Source: Octopus sinensis (lineage: Eukaryota). Taken from it: DNA of 64,000 nucleotides. Made by a program: the position numbers and the translations under genes. Below are positions 61,557-64,000 of this stretch, one piece after another (within the stretch, counting starts at the first letter, position 1; every line of letters starts with the position of its first letter). Where the stretch lies: positions 24,986,001 through 25,050,000 of the forward strand of contig NC_043010.1 in assembly GCF_006345805.1 (NCBI RefSeq), in the 5' to 3' direction. The notes below the pieces were generated by a model. The model saw only the letters and a program-made list of their open reading frames with translations. It searched no databases and was not told the DNA's origin.

Positions 61557-62009
61557 ATCTATCTTTGATATGTATTCAGCCTTGAAATACAAACACACGC
61601 GCAAGTCGTTGTAGGATCGACTACCTAGCGCGGATGCGCGCACCGAGATCACTGTTCGCTAGTAGTACCAGCAAATGTTTACGAAAAGCTAAGGTCCTCC
61701 CTTGCGCTAAAAGAACCGAGGTCCCACGCTAGGGTCTGTCAATGATTATCTCCCTTTATTCATCTTTCCTATCGATGGAAGCTGGCGGAGTAAGTTTCTT
61801 TGTCGTATATTTTATAAACACTGTATTGCAGGACACACACACTCTAACATGCATACAAATATATATCGGTAATCTTGAACGAAAGCGGCGTCAGTTAAAA
61901 GCACACCAACATTAAAAAGGATGTACCAAAACAACTTGGCCAACTCGGTGTAATAAATTGATAACAAGTTACGATATTTTTATATATTCAAGCCGAAAGA
62001 TCCTCCTCC

Positions 62010-62051
<42 letters not shown>

Positions 62052-62312
62052 TACACAAATTGGTGAAGCCGTTTTCGCGCGAATTTAAAAGTGTTCCATC
62101 TGTGACCATCCCGCTTCTTTGTATCTCCAAAATCTTTTCTTTTTCATAACGATAGAATGTGATTTGAATCAAATTTGGTTCCAACCCTTTTATAACAGCT
62201 TCCAGCGAAATAAACTGTTTCAGTTAATATTTAAATAATAAATAAGATTGTTTTAGTAAAGTGATGAACTTTCACATTAAAAATTTGTTTGGGACTTCAC
62301 TACTTTAGAAAC

Positions 62313-62896
62313 GCATCTCTCCAAGAAAATAACGCTTACTTGTCAAAAAAGTTACGAAAATGGGAAATATGTCCAAAATAAATAAAGCATGCAAAAAATT
62401 AGGAAAATTAATCTATTTTTAAATATTTTATACAAAAAAATAATATACGGAAAACGGGCACTCGCGAATATGTCGGACGATAACTTTTACGAGTCAGATA
62501 TTAATGATAAATGGGGGCCCCGACAATATCATCTGCGAATTGTAAGAAGACCGTTTCACAATATTTTTCTTAAAAGTCAGTTTATAACTAATATATACTA
62601 TTATGTCAAATTTTGTGCCTGAACGGGAAATATCACATTATAAAAAGTGCGAAGGTAAAGCGAGTCCACCCCACCTAACCCTAAAAAATCTCATCAAGAA
62701 TTTGCAAACGTTATTGTCGGGTTCCTCCTACCAATAATATCTGATATATCGTCTCACATGTTTGTTTATATTCGCGAGTGCCCGTTTTCCGTTCTTTCTT
62801 TTTTAGTATAAAATAACTAAAAATAGATGAATCTTCCTAATTTTTTTGCACACTTCATTTATTTTGGATATATTTCCCATTTTCTTGGAGAGGTGC
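62313..62896. mobile_element. MITE with long (~130-160 bp) terminal inverted repeats
   Basis: gcatctctccaagaaaat...ggaaaacgggcactcgcgaatat (62313-62471) versus atattcgcgagtgcccgttttcc...attttcttggagaggtgc (62768-62896). Confidence 0.7.
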
Positions 62897-63756
62897 ATTC
62901 AATGTTGAATTGATTTTTTTCTTTTCTTCGGTTTTCTATTTGTATTTTAATGTATAGAATAAGAGTTAAAATAAGGCTAAATGGATCTTTTATTGTTCAC
63001 TTGTTTCAGGCATTAGAACGTGGCCATGATGGGGCACCGTCTAGAAGAATTTTAGTCGAACGAAGCCACCCCATATTTTTTTCTTTATAGCCTGGTACTT
63101 ATTCTATCGATCTGTTGGTGAAGGTTAAGAAACACGCCCGGTGTTTAGGGTTAGGGTTACGCCAAAAACGGCTGGTGTGCGTCTTCTTTACCTCTGCCGA
63201 TCTGTTTTGCCGAACCGCGGAATTACAGTACGTAAACAACCAACGTCGGTTGTCAAGTGGTAAGCGAGAACAAAGATAGACACGAAGACACACAGATATG
63301 TATATATACACGACGGGCTTCTTTCAGTCTACCAAATTCTCTCACGAGTATTTGCTCAACTCGAAGCTATAGTATAAGACACTCAACCAAGGTGCCGTGC
63401 AGTGGGACTGAACACGGAGCAAGCTTCTTACCACACAGCCACTCAAAAAATTATACTTGATAAAAAGTATTCTGTGATTATTCCATATATTTATATAATT
63501 AGAACTCCAACTCTGTTTCCTCATTACTTTCTGAAAAATGCACATTTCTTTCTAAATTTAATTAGCAGTTAAAATAGCCTCATTAAAGGATAAAAATATC
63601 CAATGAATTACTGGTCCATTTTTTGTGAATAGTGATATTCATAAAATAATAGGTCTGAGTATAAATCTTATAATTTGGAAATATAACATCTAATAACCTG
63701 ATGGCATGTCTTTTCTACTCCTCTTTTGAGATTTTGCCCAATACAATGGTTTGATT

Positions 63757-64000
63757 ACCCAATGACTGGTGTAGCAGCATAATAGTCAACTGCTACAAAG
63801 GTAAAGGTGACGCCCTAGATACAAATAATTACAGAGGTATCAAGCTGTTGGATCAGGTAATGAAGGTTATGGTGAGGGTCATAGCCCAACTAATTAGAGA
63901 GAGAGTTTGTTTAGATGAGATGCAGTTTGGGTTTGTGCCAAGGAAAAGTACCACTGATGCCATATTCCTGGTAAGGCAGCTGCAGGAGAAATACCTAGCC
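63757..64000 (+). mobile_element. RTE LINE RT fragment running off the window end
   Basis: DWCSSIIVNCYKGKGDALDTNNYRGIKLLDQVMKV..., same family as 52129-55790. Confidence 0.88.

Noticed and set aside
61969-62184. ORF MEPNLIQ... as an upstream TTC36 exon or a separate gene
   Set aside because: No recognisable homology, runs into a microsatellite, and TTC36 already has a suitable ATG.
59015-63160. TTAGGG runs (59018, 60832, 63147) as telomere or interstitial telomere
   Set aside because: Only 2-3 units each, embedded in repeat or MITE-like sequence.

Overview
AT-rich, repeat-saturated animal genomic DNA. The microsatellite, SINE and LINE landscape suggests a cephalopod (octopus-like) genome; this is inference, not confirmed. 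There is one clear host gene: a 4-exon TTC36 (tetratricopeptide repeat protein 36) orthologue on the minus strand (CDS join 60292-60166, 50358-50170, 49884-49786, 43528-43362; 193 aa; GT-AG introns, all phase 1). The rest is mostly mobile DNA: Penelope-like elements (Neptune-like and Hydra-clade-like), CR1-group, RTE and R4/Dong-like non-LTR retrotransposons, Tc1, mariner, piggyBac, Helitrons, SINEs and MITEs. Most short ORFs in the supplied track are (TA)n/(TG)n artefacts. The most striking signal is non-coding: about ten type I hammerhead-ribozyme-like motifs, folded by hand, in or near the pseudo-LTRs of the Penelope-like elements. They include variants with 46-57 nt extended stem II, apparently compensated non-canonical 3-8 core pairs (U3-A8, A3-U8), U-U closure of stem II, palindromic stem III, a retrozyme-like tandem unit, and an element with an intact ribozyme in its 5' pLTR and a deleted one in its 3' pLTR. 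Also notable are an antiparallel Helitron-in-Helitron insertion with exact A|T junctions, a piggyBac end carried inside that Helitron, a PHD-type finger inside the RTE reverse transcriptase, and a possible divergent micro-exon upstream of TTC36. No database search or folding software was run; clade labels come from motif recognition only.
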